Positions 1 to 13,240 of a stretch of 64,000 nucleotides of DNA are shown piece after piece. Origin of the DNA: Pecten maximus (taxonomy: Eukaryota); NCBI RefSeq assembly GCF_902652985.1, contig NC_047033.1:27342001-27406000 (forward strand), in the 5' to 3' direction. The position numbers were made by a program, and so were the translations under genes. How positions within the stretch are numbered: position 1 is the first letter of the stretch; every line of letters starts with the position of its first letter. A model generated the notes under the pieces. The model ran no database searches, was not told the origin of the DNA, and saw only the letters and a list, made by a program, of their open reading frames with translations.

Positions 1-117
1 TTTAACCCCAATCTGGGGTGATTGACACCTTCACTTCTCTGACACATTGACATGACTCAGATTTACACACCTTCACTTCTCTGACACACTGACATGACTC
101 AGATTTACGTGTTACAG

Positions 118-240
118 GTGCCTCTTTGTGTACATCGGGAAGAATTGCTGTCACATCTCGACAGGATTCCTTCCTACTGCCAGCAGCTTCAGGCCACGCT
201 AAAGTCTCCTACGTATGGAAAGTCAGCCACATTTAACAAG
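118..240 (+). CDS. CTNNAL1: alpha-catulin (vinculin/alpha-catenin family), internal coding exon; gene continues upstream of the window
   Basis: Acceptor ttacag|GTG, donor AAG|gtacga; 123 nt encoding VPLCVHREELLSHLDRIPSYCQQLQATLKSPTYGKSATFNK, resembling the invertebrate alpha-catulin C-terminal domain. Confidence 0.85.
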
Positions 241-556
241 GTACGAATGTTAGCCTCATTTAACAAGGTACGAAAGTCAGCCACATTTAACAGGGTACGA
301 ATGTTAGCCTCATTTAACAAGGTACGAAAGTCAGCCACATTTAACAAGGTACGAATGTTAGCCACATTTAACAAGGTACGAAAGTCAGCCACATTTAACA
401 AGGTACGAATGTTAGCCACATTTAACAATGTATGAAAGTCAGCCACATTTAACAAGGTACGAATGTTAGCCACATTTAACAAGGTACGAAAGTCAGCCAC
501 ATTTAACAAGGTACGAAAGTCCGCAACATTTAACAAGGTATGAAAGTCAACCACTT
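213..556 (+). repeat. 27-bp tandem array (about 12 copies) containing the alpha-catulin splice donor
   Basis: Unit gtacgaaagtcagccacatttaacaag. Confidence 0.95.
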
Positions 557-591
557 AAAAACTGTCCCAATGTCACCATATGTATGCGGTA

Positions 592-1422
592 TGAAAGTCG
601 GCCAGTTAACGAGATATCAAAGTCGGCCAGATAACGAGATACCAAAGTCGGCCAGTTAACGTGATATCAAAGTCGGCCAGTTAACGAGATATCAAAGTCG
701 GCCAGTTAACGAGGTATCAAAGTCGGCCAGATAACGAGATACCAAAGTCGGCCAGTTGACAAGATATCAAAGTCGGTCAGTTAACGAGATACCAAAGTCG
801 GCCAGTTAATGAGATATCAAAGTCGGCCAGTTAACATGATATCAAAGTCGGCCAGTTAATGAGATACCAAAGTCGGCCAGTTAACATGATATCAAAGTCG
901 GCCAGTTAATGAGATATCAAAGCTTACCAGTTAACGAGATATCAAAGCTTACCAGTTAACGAGATATCAAAGTAGGCCGGTTAACGAGATTTCAAAGACG
1001 GCCAGTTAACGAGATATCAAAGTCGGCCAGTTAACGTGATAGCAAAGTCGGCCAGTTAATGAGATACTAAAGTCGACCAGTTAACGAGATATCAAAGTCG
1101 GCCAGTTAACGAGATATTAAAGTTGGTCAGTTAACGAGATATCAAAGTCGGCCAGTTAACGAGATATCAAAGTCGGCCAGTTAACGAGATATCAAAGTCA
1201 GCCAGTTAACGAGATATCAAAGTTGGCCAATTAACCAAATATCAAAGTCAGCCAGTTAACAAGATATTAAAGTCGCCCAGTTAACAAGATATCAAAGTCG
1301 GCCAGTTAACAAGATATCAAAGTCGGCCAGTTAACAAGATTCTAAAGTCGGCCAGTTAACGAGATATCAAAGTCGGCCAGTTAACCAAATATCAAAGTCA
1401 GCCAGTTAACGAGATATCAAAG
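592..1422 (+). repeat. 25-bp tandem array (about 33 copies) related to the 27-bp donor array
   Basis: Unit aaagtcggccagttaacgagatatc. Confidence 0.95.
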
Positions 1423-1533
1423 TTAGTTCACTAGAATTTGTCTTTTTCATGTCTCCTTACTCTGAGTATTAATGACTTTGTCTTTTTCATGACTCGTACT
1501 CATTCTGCGTATTCACAACTTTCTGTTTAATAG

Positions 1534-1617
1534 GTGGACAGTGCTATACAGGAGACGAAAAACTTGATGAATGCCATCGCAAAGGTTGTCACCACCAGTT
1601 TCATCTGTGCTACTAAG
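1534..1617 (+). CDS. CTNNAL1: alpha-catulin penultimate coding exon
   Basis: Acceptor tttaatag|GTG, donor AAG|gtaaga; encodes VDSAIQETKNLMNAIAKVVTTSFICATK (IQETKNLMNA motif typical of alpha-catenin/catulin); phase 0/0. Confidence 0.88.
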
Positions 1618-2197
1618 GTAAGAAAACCCATTGGATCTTAACTCCAGGGGAATGATCCTTAAGTCGACAGATATGAGGCTTGCTGAGTGTTTGGCAGCTC
1701 AAGTATCTTTGGGAAAGCTTCTAAGTCCAAAAGTATACACCTTACACCCTCCTAATTTGGTTTATACATTTATTAGAGGTCCAGGAGGGATGTTATGGCA
1801 AAATCATCAAGAAAATATTTTTTTTTTCTTTTCGTATTTTAACATTTTGTGGACTTAACTTTTTTAGCACCAAAATCCACTTTAAAGATTTTTGGGGCAA
1901 GTTTTGGAAAGCTTGCGAGTCCACACCCTTCTTATTTAGTTTATACATCCATTAGAAGTCTAGGAGCGATATTATGTGACGTACAATTTCAAAATGACAT
2001 GCTTATACATACATAAAAAAATAATGCATAGTGTGATTACTGCCACTGGTGAGTTTTCGCAATCATTGATTGCACTTGTTAAAACTTCTACTGGCTTATA
2101 AAGGATATGTAGATAACAGAACATGCCATAATTTAACTTGTAGATTTGATATGTTATCAAGTTTACTTAAATTGTATACTTCATATTTCTATTGCAG

Positions 2198-2380
2198 TAC
2201 AACATTGACTATCGTCGCTCACCAGGGGGCAGTAGAAGATGGCGTAGCCAGTCGTCGGCTGATGCACGTTCCAACAGCTCTGACAATGAGTCGGTGTATA
2301 GCAGCTCAGCTGATGGGATGCAGCGGAGTTCATCATCAAGTCGACAGTTCTCCAGCAATAATAGCCTCGACAGAGCATGA
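2198..2380 (+). CDS. CTNNAL1: alpha-catulin last coding exon (Ser-rich tail, stop TGA)
   Basis: Acceptor tttctattgcag|TAC in phase 0; YNIDYRRSPGG...LDRA*. Confidence 0.75.
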   Translation, partial: YNIDYRRSPGGSRRWRSQSSADARSNSSDNESVYSSSADGMQRSSSSSRQFSSNNSLDRA

Positions 2381-2739
2381 CTGGAGGCGGGGCTAGAATG
2401 AGTCTGCTGGGGTCAAAAGGTCAACGACTGCTGATGTCATCAATTCATCAAATATTGACTGCTGACTCTCAAATGAAAGAATGTGATTGATTTAGAGCAT
2501 GTTTTGTCAATATTTAGATTTAGGGGTCAATAACTGGGTCAAGAAGGTCAGTACCATAAACTGACCATGAAGGCTGTGAGGTTAAGTTCTGTCGGCCAGG
2601 AGACTGACATCCCGAGACAAGGTCATACATGATTATTATACTTTTTGTCAAGGTCAGATGAGATTGGATAAGAAAAAGCATGATCATAAAATGTTTAATA
2701 CAGGTTATGTTACTTGGATTACTACCCATTCACAGGGGA

Positions 2740-3540
2740 CAGCTAGAGTTATTCCCCTTTTACAGATGAGCGACTAGAGTTATTCCCCTTTTACAGATGG
2801 GAGAGTTATACAAGAGGAAGGGCTGGAAGGCTGAAGTTATTGCTCTTTTGCAGGAGAGAAACTGGTGTCATTCCCTTGTTCAAAGGTTAAAGTTACATAG
2901 AATAATGTTACCAATTTACAGAAGAATGACTAGAGTTATTCCCCTTTTACAGATGTGAGAGTTATATATGAGGAATGCTGGATTTATTGCTTGGAAGGCT
3001 GGATTTATTGCTCTTTTACAGGAGAGAAACTGGTGTCATTCCTTTGTTTAAAGGTTAAAGTTAATATAGAATAATATTACCAATTAACACGGGGCATTTT
3101 CAGTAATTTCCCTCTTACAGAACAATAACGAGTTATTCCCCTTCTACAGATGAGCGAGTTGGTCTTTGTTTATGTGAGGAAAGCTGAAGTTATTTATCTT
3201 TTGAGAGGAGAAAAACCGGAGTCATTCCCTTCTTACAGGAGAGAGAAACTGAAATTATTCCTATTTATATGTACACTAGAGGACTAGAGTTCTCCTTTAC
3301 TTTGAAGGAGGCTGGAGTTACTCCCCTTTAACCTGAGGATGACTGCAGAGGCAGGAGTCACACCTCTTTTACAGGAGGGAGGCTGGAGTTACTCCCCTTT
3401 AACAAAAGGAAGACTGCAGAGGCAGGAGTCACACCTCTTTTACAGGAAGAAGGCTGGAGTTACTCCCCTTTAACGTTAAGGAAGATTTCAGTTATTTTCC
3501 TTTTGTACAAGGGGATTGGAATTACTCCCCTTTTCCATTT
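2740..3540. repeat. Degenerate short-period repeat in the probable alpha-catulin 3' UTR
   Basis: Recurrent ct(a/g)gagtta(t/c)tccccttt(t)acag core. Confidence 0.7.
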
Positions 3541-5764
3541 GAAAGCCACAAATTATTCCTATTTTGTATTAATGGACCCTAAGATGGTCCCCTTTTCCTA
3601 TCTGTGAAATATGGTGTGTTATTATTTTGTTTGAAAGGCTTGTGTTCACAATGATAGACGTCTATATTATTATATACATATTTTACATATTTTTTTGTTG
3701 TAATCTTGCCATTTTATTTACAAGGCGTATATATATTTTGTTGTTGTTGTTGTCATGATTTAGATCAGTAATTTTACCTGATAGGGTATGTGTTTGATTA
3801 TTATTTATTCCATTTTTATTATCGGAAAGACAGAACCTGCCTTTACAGGTAAAATATCATAGATACTACTTCGCTGACACTTGTATACACTGCCTCACAC
3901 AGCATCTACATAATGACACCCACAGTATAGAAATAGGTCTAATCAACAGCTTCCTCGGAAAAAAAAATGGTAAAAATGATCACTTTAAACCCTGAAGTTA
4001 TCCGATTCATAGAAAATATACAGGTGGAGTATGGTAGAAATTCTTCACGATCCAATTAAGTATTTATCCTCTTTAAATTTAAAAGATGATATATATTAAT
4101 ATTTAAAGCTCAGATTTTTGGAGAGTGATAATAGTATATGGTATGTAAATTTCTGTATTTCATGAAAATATTTAACAGTTTGTATTTTTTTTCAATTGAT
4201 CATCATCATCTTTGTCGGAGATGTAGCTTCTTTATCTGTGCAGATAAATCTTGTTATAATGCCACAGTTTTACATGAAGAATGTTGGCATTATAACAGGT
4301 TTCCTCATGTTGGTTCTGAATTTTTTTTTTTTAAATATTCCATAAACAATTCCACAATTAAAAACAATTATTTATTGAATTGTCCCTGCAAAATGACCGT
4401 GATCCATGTGTGTCACCGTAAGTGTCCTATAATCCTCTAAAATACTGTAACAGATTTATATAGTGCCACTCACAATGTTTTGGGTGTCATGTATTGTCCT
4501 ACAACCTACTGACTTCTCGCTCAGAAAAAACCCAGGTCTGATATGGCCCGGGGCCCATAGATTTGATCTGTGGGTAAGTAAATATTGCTGACTACTTGCC
4601 CGATTGGCAAGTGCAAATTTCTCAATTTTTTACCTTTCCCCTAGATTAATTGAAGATACTACTAATTCAGTTTGATTGGTCCACCATGTTTCACGTTTGG
4701 GTAAGTACTTTTGAATCCTAACTTGCCCGAAGGACCAGTTATGCTGATTTTTTTCTTCCTTCACTTTAATTGTCAGTTCTCTCACTGCCGAAATATTTCC
4801 TAGACCCCTTTTCTTTGGAGCACTTGTGCATCTATCTTCAGTTTTACTCAGTTCAATCCAAATATTCTACCACAGGCTCAAGAATGGTTATGTTTTTCAT
4901 AATCCGATTTATTAAAATGTTTGTACATTTCCTTATAGTATTCCCATTTTTTGTGATTGACACGATTTTAATGTTTAGTTTCGTGGTCATCATCATTACA
5001 CTAAGAAACTTGAAACAAGTTTTGACCAGTTTGTACACAAATCAGTGTATACACCAATCCAACGGACATTTCAGTAAATAATTGGGTTTTTCTTTGATAT
5101 CTTGGTATACAGTTTAATCTAAAGCCAAAGAATTTCATCAATTTCCCCATAAATGAGATTTTGATGTTGGAAGCAATGTCTAACAGTTTATAAACCCAAA
5201 ATATCTTATAGTACAATTCTTAATACATGAATCCTTTTTTTACGCAGATTAGGAGTGGAGTTGTCTTTTCGTTCTCTAGTATGTTTAATTTGATGTAGTA
5301 TTTTTATCCATGGTTGAAGTATAGATCTCGGTTACTGAGAAAGATAAAACGTATTATTAGATGTTTACTGTGATAGTTATTTTAATTATATATTGTATTT
5401 TAATAGTATATGGCTTTCAAGTGAAAGATAATTGATGTTGAAATGTTCAAAACATGTATTGCTACTTACAGTAGAGGTTGGTTGTCAAGTGTGATAATGT
5501 GGCCCGTTTGACCTCAGACTAATGGTGTTATTAACGATGAATTTTAACCTTTTACTAATGTGTGCAATCATTTTAGATGACAGCTTTGTTGCCTGATGAT
5601 AGATATTTATATCCTGCAATCGTAAAGGCCACCATTGTTGGCTTCTAAAACTTCTAAAAGGTAGTTATAATGTTAATGCTTGTCATTTGTGAGTGGCAGG
5701 TTTTCTTGACACTCAAGTTGATAGTACATCTCAAGTTTATAAAACATATAGGTAATGGACATAT

Positions 5765-6460
5765 TATAATGAGACACTTGGGCGTAAGTCAAGACATGAG
5801 GGTATATCATAAGACAATTGGATATTGGTTATGATAGACACTTGGGTACAGTTATAAGACATGTTGGTACATAAGACACTTGGGTACATTTTTAAGACAT
5901 GTAGGTATATGATAAGACTCTTGGGTACAGTTATAAGACATGTGGGTACATAAGACACTTGAGTACAGTTATAAGACATGTGGGTATATGATAAGACACT
6001 TGGGTACAGTTACACAAGACATGTGGGTATATGATTAGACACTTGGGTACAGTTATAAGACATATAGGTATATGATAAGACACTTGGGTACAGTTATAAG
6101 ACATGTTGGTATATGATAGACACTTGGGTACAGTTATAAGACATATTGGTATATTATAAGACATATTGGTATATTATAAGACACTTGGGTACAGTTATAA
6201 GACATGTTGGTATATGATAGACACTTGGGTACAGTTATAAGATAGTTGGTATATGATAAGACACTTGGGTACAGTTATAAGACATGTTGGTATATTATAA
6301 GACACTTGGGTACAGTTATAAGATAGTTGGTATATGATATACACTTGGGTACAGTTATAAGACATATTGGTATATGATAAGACACTTGGGTACAGTTATA
6401 AGACATGTTGGTATATGATAGACACTTGGGTACAGTTATAAGACATGTAGGTATATGAAA
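5765..6460. repeat. About 40-bp minisatellite
   Basis: Unit gacacttgggtacagttataagacatgttggtatatgataa. Confidence 0.9.
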
Positions 6461-6562
6461 AATCACTATTTCAGATACTTTGTAAAGTTAAGAGAATTGA
6501 ATATAATTAAGTTTAAGATGCCTCATTAATTATTGAGATAATTTTTTTGAATTGAGTAAAAG

Positions 6563-6825
6563 GAATGGAGAATTCAGTAAAATTGCCAGGATAATTAAGC
6601 AATAGAGAATTCAGTAAAATTGCCAGGATAATTAAGCAATAGAGAATTCAGTAAAATTCCCAAGGTAATTAAACAATGGAGAATTCAGTAATATTCCCAA
6701 GGTAATTAAACATTGGAGAATTCAGTAAAATGGAGAATTCAGTACAATTGCCAAGGTAATGAAACAATGGAGACTTCGGTAAAATTGCCAAGGTAATTAA
6801 ACAATGGAGAATTCAGTAAAATTGT
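6563..6825. repeat. About 37-bp minisatellite
   Basis: Unit aatggagaattcagtaaaattgccaaggtaattaaac. Confidence 0.85.
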
Positions 6826-7639
6826 TATATATCTAGTATGTAGACAAAAATTTGCAATGTTACCTGTTTTCCTGTATGGTTTAGACTGGTGATATTCTTT
6901 GTTATTTTCCTCCCCAGTTGTCTCCCTTGTCTGGCTCCTCATTCACAATTTTTTACAAGTCTTACCGCTGTGGGTTTTGGTATGTACCATGGTATAGTGT
7001 TCACACAGTTATAGGTATTTGTTATATGATATCTTGCAATTCCAGAGAATTTTAAGATCTCGTACATATATAACGTTATCGTTTACATAGGACAAGATCT
7101 CCAAGAAGATTACACACTAAAATTTCATCATAGGGGATATCTCTGAAATGATTTCTGAATAATGAAACTTTGTACAATTTTTCTTAAATCTACATTGGAA
7201 ACTTTTTAACTTTCAGCTTTAGATTTATTAAATGACAAACCAACCATGTCAATTCACAATGTTGTAACATTCTAATGTATCTTATTTCCAGACATTCAAT
7301 TTAATTTTTTTAATCAGAGAATGGACAGTTTTCAGTAATGAAGAACTACAAACACAAAATATTGCACAAAGTTTCTCTTTTTGTTTAATTTCACAACATA
7401 CTTGTATTCACTTTGAAGAATTTCATCATCTTTTCATCATTTCGTGTTTTTTTTTTTGTGCTGTGTAGTTTAAACATTCCGATGGCTAGGTCTTCAGGGT
7501 CCTCAGTATAGTCCTCAAATCAAACTGAAATTATATATTGTGTATAATATATATTTAAATATTACTTTTTTAGGATAAATTTTAGAAGTTATATTATAAG
7601 TGTTTAAGGTGATGATATTATACAGGAAATAGAGACTTT

Positions 7640-8130
7640 ATTGATGAAATACATGTATATTGTACATCATATATTGTACATCATATAATTGAGAATTATT
7701 GATGAAATACATTATTGTACATCATATATTGTACATCATATAATTGAGAATTATTAATGAAATACATTTATATTGTACATCATATAATTGAGAATTATTG
7801 ATGAAATACATTATTGTACATCATATAATTGAGAATTATTAATGAAATACATGTATATTGTACATCATATAATTGAGAATTATTGATGGAATACATTATT
7901 GTACATCATATAATTGAGAATTATTGATGAAATACATTATTGTACATCATATAATTCAGAATTATTAATGAAATACATGTATATTGTACATCATATAATT
8001 GAGAATTATTGATGGAATACATGTATATTGTACATCATATAATTGAGAATTATTAATGGAATACATGTATATTGTACATCATGTAATTGAGAATTATTGA
8101 TGGAATACATGTATATTGTACATCATGTAT
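7640..8130. repeat. AT-rich minisatellite of about 40-44 bp
   Basis: Unit attgatgaaatacatgtatattgtacatcatataattgagaatt. Confidence 0.9.
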
Positions 8131-8496
8131 ATGATTTTATGAGCAGAGAGTGTATCGGAATATTTACTTGGAATGTAGTGATATCTCCCAAGATTGAAGA
8201 AAAGGTTGGAGAACCTTCACATAACGACGTATGTTAAAGAATTTGTATGTACGACTTAAACAAGACGATATTTAATAAGATTTTTTGTTTCATTATTCAA
8301 AACATACCCAGGTATATTTTTTTCTTCAATATATCCGATGTAAGACTTTTTTTAGTTCTAGTTACCTCCCTTTGTACTGTCTATTGTGTCCTATCCAACA
8401 TCTACAATTAGTTCACTATATCATTTTAGAAGCAACCCCATCCTCAAAATTTATATAATATTTTAAGTTTTAAGTTTCCCCAACCTGAGAAAGTTG

Positions 8497-8559
8497 TAGT
8501 CTCGCACGCCCCAGACTTTTGTTAGAGGCGGTCTCGAGTGTCTGGGGAATGCGAGACTA
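8497..8559. mobile_element. Tiny inverted-repeat element (MITE-like hairpin)
   Basis: tagtctcgca..ccccagac ... gtctgggg..tgcgagacta. Confidence 0.55.
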
Positions 8560-8704
8560 TGGATATTGGACAATGTGAGAGAGACCTCACATCAGTAGAG
8601 AATATTTTGGCTATCCACAAACACAAGTGATCAAGCTGAGAGGATTACCAGCTGTTCTAAAGAGGGTAAAACATCTTACTCAGTTGTATATAAAACCTAG
8701 TGGC

Positions 8705-9030
8705 GAGTTGATTCCGAACCTTGACAGAATTTCCAGAGATGTTGTGGTTGATTCCAAGCCTTGACGGAATTTCCGGAGATGTTACGGGTGATTCCATGTC
8801 TGGACGGAATTTCTGAAGATGATGTGGTTGATTCTGAGCCTTGACGGAATTTCTGGAGATGTTGTGGTTGATTCCAAGCCTTGACAGAATTTCCAGAGAT
8901 GTGGTTGATTCAAAGCCTTGGCTGAATTTCCAGAGATGTAGTCGAATCCAAGTCTTGACTTAATTTCCAGAGATGTTGTAGTCGATTCCGAGCCTTGACA
9001 GAATTTCTGGAGATGTTACGAGTGATTCCA
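8705..9030. repeat. About 40-bp degenerate minisatellite
   Basis: Unit gattccaagccttgacagaatttccagagatgttgtggtt. Confidence 0.85.
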
Positions 9031-10768
9031 TTTCCATTTTCATATGACCCTTCACCCTCAAACTACATCAACCCATGCCTGACCTGGGTTAGAAGAATTC
9101 CGACTACAGCAACTATGCTTTGTTTGTGCATGCGTCACCATTTGGAAGCAAGGCAGTGACGGGTTGTTATTTATACACACATATAATATTAGAAGGAACA
9201 GTCTGGCTCTAGTAAATAGTTGACGATCAAAGTAGTGGGCCTTAGGGAAAGTATTTTGACAGTCACAAAGGGAGGTAATCTTGGAAATTTATTAAGGAAA
9301 TATTATAACCCGTATATCTAATTTACATGTGATCTCGCACAAGTCCCAGCTACCGTAATAAATATCAGAATTTCTAAGTTCTTCATCCCTGATGGCGATT
9401 TCCAGAAATCTTTTCTTTATTTTTATTTTCCTATATATTGATCAACAAAAATGACATTTCAACCAGAAAGGATTGAAGTAGATATGGCTTTATAGATAAA
9501 TTATTGACAATATTTTTAGTGCAATGTTTTATTAAAACCTTTTGTGAAATGTGCAAAACTCAACAATGAGTCTGTATTTTGTTTCAGATTTTAATGCCAC
9601 GATGTTTATACATTTTAGAATATTTTAGTGTTATGTTGCAGCATATTTTGAATATTTTGTTGTTTGTGAATCATAGCTGGCCATTTCTCTTTTCAACACA
9701 CTTTTAATTTTCACCCTGAAGCAAGCTTAAGTCATGGCAAGATAGCCGTCGTCAGCTTTTCTGTTCTAAGACGACTAGTTGAATGCCACCCACTCACTCT
9801 AATATCAATGGAGTTTTACTTGTAATGAAGGCCAGATTAAAACACATCATATATACTGTCACAAATTTCAGAGTAACATTTCCATGTTCTTCATGTATCA
9901 TTTACCGGTATATGAAATATTTTGGAAAATCAAAGAAGCTCAGGTTTGCCTCATGATTTGTAGCGAAAGTATTCAAAATGAGACGAAATTACATTGACCT
10001 TTTGCAACTTTTGGTAGCTGTCATTAGTAAGCCTGACTTACACAACAAGGTAATTCACATCGGTGACTAACACCATCAAGGCTTCATATGCAACTGAAAA
10101 AGTTTCCAGAGATATTACCACAACTTTACCAGACACATTCCTAGATCTAGTTAAAATAACAATTAGTTACCAGGTCAGTGATTCAGGCCAATTGGGCCTC
10201 TTGTTACTTTATTTATTTGGTGCTTTACTGTTTTATTATAAGTGTTGTATTACTGATGAATTATTTTATGATTTTTAGTTAAACCTTAATTACATTAATT
10301 ATTATTTTACATTTTGTCAATGTAATATATATCTTGTTTATATCAGACAACTGTATCTTGCCAAAGTATACATACCGAGGTACATAGTACTTATTATTAG
10401 AACGGACAGTCTGCCATGAAGTCAAGTTATCCCAGAAAGTGATGGACAACAGATTATTTTTTTTTTATTTGCCATTAAAATGACTTAGTTATTTCATATT
10501 ACCAGGTATATCAGAATTTATACTTCATTAAAGGGAGGTAATAGTTAATATAAGGGGAGATAATTCCTCATAAGGGGAGGTAATATGCTTCTGTTAGTTT
10601 CACTGTTGCATGTAGCTGAACTAGGCCATGTTAATGAAGCCAATGTTAGAATTCCCTCCCCATATCAGTTTGTGGTGACAGAACTTGTTCACTCTTTTGT
10701 GTGCTTTATTATTGCCATGGAAGTTTTAAATGGAACTCGTTGTTAAAGAATTCATCATGATTATCGTG

Positions 10769-10810
10769 AATAAAATTCTTATAAAAGTGTTCTTCTTTGT
10801 ATTGTTTCTG
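10769..10810 (+). terminator. Candidate polyadenylation signal of alpha-catulin
   Basis: AATAAA at 10769-10774 followed by a GU/U-rich tract (gtgttcttctttgtattgtttctgttgtgtgg). Confidence 0.4.
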
Positions 10811-10844
10811 TTGTGTGGTAGTTCTCAGTCGACATGTCAGATAA

Positions 10845-10889
10845 GAATCACAACACACAAGGCGGAGGTAAAATTGGATCAGTTTTATT
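10845..10889 (-). terminator. Candidate polyadenylation signal of CDK14
   Basis: Minus-strand AATAAA at 10884-10889 followed about 20 nt later by ttgtgtgttgtgatt. Confidence 0.4.
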
Positions 10890-12829
10890 TCTCTGACTCC
10901 TTAATAGTGAACTATATAACTCCCAAAAATGTAAACTATCAAGCTCAGAGTTTAGTTGTCTCAATTCTTTCACAAATGGTAAGATTTTGACAAGTAAGCA
11001 ATTTCAGAGGTCAGGTGGGGTCACATAGTGAGCTAAGGTTGCTGTCTTAAAAATTAATTTAAGAGAAAATTTACATAAAACCCTCAATAGTTTCCATTAA
11101 ATCTGAACAAGCTAGCAGGTTATCTCCCTTGAATGACCTCAACATCGATGACTAGCCAAATCTTACCAAATGTGAAGATTCACTAGATTTAAGTCCGCTG
11201 TATCACAGCTTTCAATTGTTAGGAAAACATAGCACATGAAAAAAGTTTATAAATGTTGAGCATGACACACAGCTTACTAGAATGAACTACAAAGTCTACA
11301 ACTGTAATGAACTCTGCATTAGTTGACTAAGTTTACTCAAATAGATTAATTCACTAGCTCTACCAAGCGTATTAGGGTGAATTTAGATTTAAACTCAATG
11401 GACTGTAAACTAGTGAACTTGAAATATTCCTTTATACTTAGATTACTGTAGTACAAGTTTACAATTATAGTAGACAACCTTAGATAATTCTGTGATCATA
11501 AAATCACGAGAATTGCGGCATTTAACAGGGATAATCGACATTGTTTCACTTGGGGGCTTGCATACATGTATACTTTCCTGCAGTAAAAGGCGACAGATTT
11601 TTAAATGTTAAGAAAATGGCCTCAGCCTGGATTTGTTGAGAATTCGGATGTAAAACAGGCTTACTATAATAAATAAGGAACATGACATCAATCCACGTAT
11701 GATAACAATTCAGATCTACACAATAGGATAATAAAAGACAATAATACATTATTTCAGTAAATACATCTTAACCGTGGTGAAATATACTTTGTATGATAAA
11801 GTGATGGTATTACGATGATACAAAACATGAAATTTCCCCTTTTTTACATCAAGTGGATTATTTTTAGTAAATCATCACACACTATCATATGAAAGCCTGT
11901 TGTCATAATATGACATATGCCCCTGTATAACTTTGTAACTGACCTGGCTATAGCCTGCTGATGTACCCAACATGGCCATATGAACAACTGTAGGACATTA
12001 AAAGTCACAGATAATGAAAGCCAGTCATTTTCGTATCAAAATTTGCTTTTTTCATTATAAAATACGGGAAATAAACGCGAGAGACATCACTACGTATCTC
12101 TGTCACTTGTAACACTGATTCACCACGCTCACCAATAAGCCCATGCTTATTGATAGGCCCAGCGTTATACAGATTTCACAGGCAACTGTCACAAGTAAAT
12201 TGGTTTTATACCCATTTAATTATACTTGCCCATCCCCACATTTCTATATATAAGACGAATTGATTTCGAAAATTCTTTTAAAAAGTAACTTCCACCGCGC
12301 GGTACATGGTACAACAAGTCTTCACGAAACATCAGCACTACTTCCGACAGAATCATGTAACATAACAATGGAATAAAATCGGTGACAATCATGTCGACAC
12401 AAATACATCATATTATGCAAAGGATTATGGCACACACTAAAACAATGGAAGCAAGATGGAGCATGTAAACAAAGGCAGGAACCACGAGGCCTGTTAAGTA
12501 TAGAGGTCGCAGTTCGTGTTGATAAAAATTGAAAAGGTCCCCAATTTAATCTGAAAAGAAACGTATATATAATACCCAGAGCGAACCTTGGAAGGTAATT
12601 ATAAACTACAACCTGTATACAGAAAATACCTCAATCATGTTCCATGCCTGTGTGCATTCAAATAAAGTTTATGCTTGGTTGTCGCATGATTTAACATACA
12701 CAATATGGAAATAAACAAATCTAAGTCATTGACATGGAAGACAAAAAAATAATTGGTGTGAATGTTTGGACATATATCCAAAAATAGCACTATAACACAA
12801 CTAAAAATGTAAGCATGGTGTCGGGACAA

Positions 12830-13240
12830 AAACTCTGGAATCACAATTTGTTCTAATAAACACACCTCTTGGGTGCCTGAAATAACAGCTGTAGTTGTTC
12901 TAATAAACACCCCCAAGGTGCCTGGAATCACAGCTGTATTTGTTCCAATAAACACCCTCTAGGGTGCCTGGAATCACAGCTGTATTTGTTCTAATAAACA
13001 CACCTCTTGGGTGCCTGAAATAACAGCTGTAGTTGTTCTAATAAACATCCCCTATGATGCCCGGAATCACAGCTGTATTTGCTCTAATAAACACCCCAAG
13101 GTACCTGGAATCACAGCTGTATTTGTTCTAATAAACACCCTCTAGGGTGCCTGGAATTACAGCTGTAGTTGTTCTAATAAACACCCTCTAGGATGCTTGG
13201 AATCACAGCTGTAGTTGTTCTAATAAACAACCCCCTATGG
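12830..13240. repeat. About 46-bp minisatellite
   Basis: Unit gtgcctggaatcacagctgtatttgttctaataaacaccctctagg. Confidence 0.9.

Noticed and set aside
1990-2080. About 85-bp inverted match to 17315-17400, suggesting pairing between the two genes
   Set aside because: More simply two fragments of a dispersed repeat terminus; both are intronic and on different transcripts.
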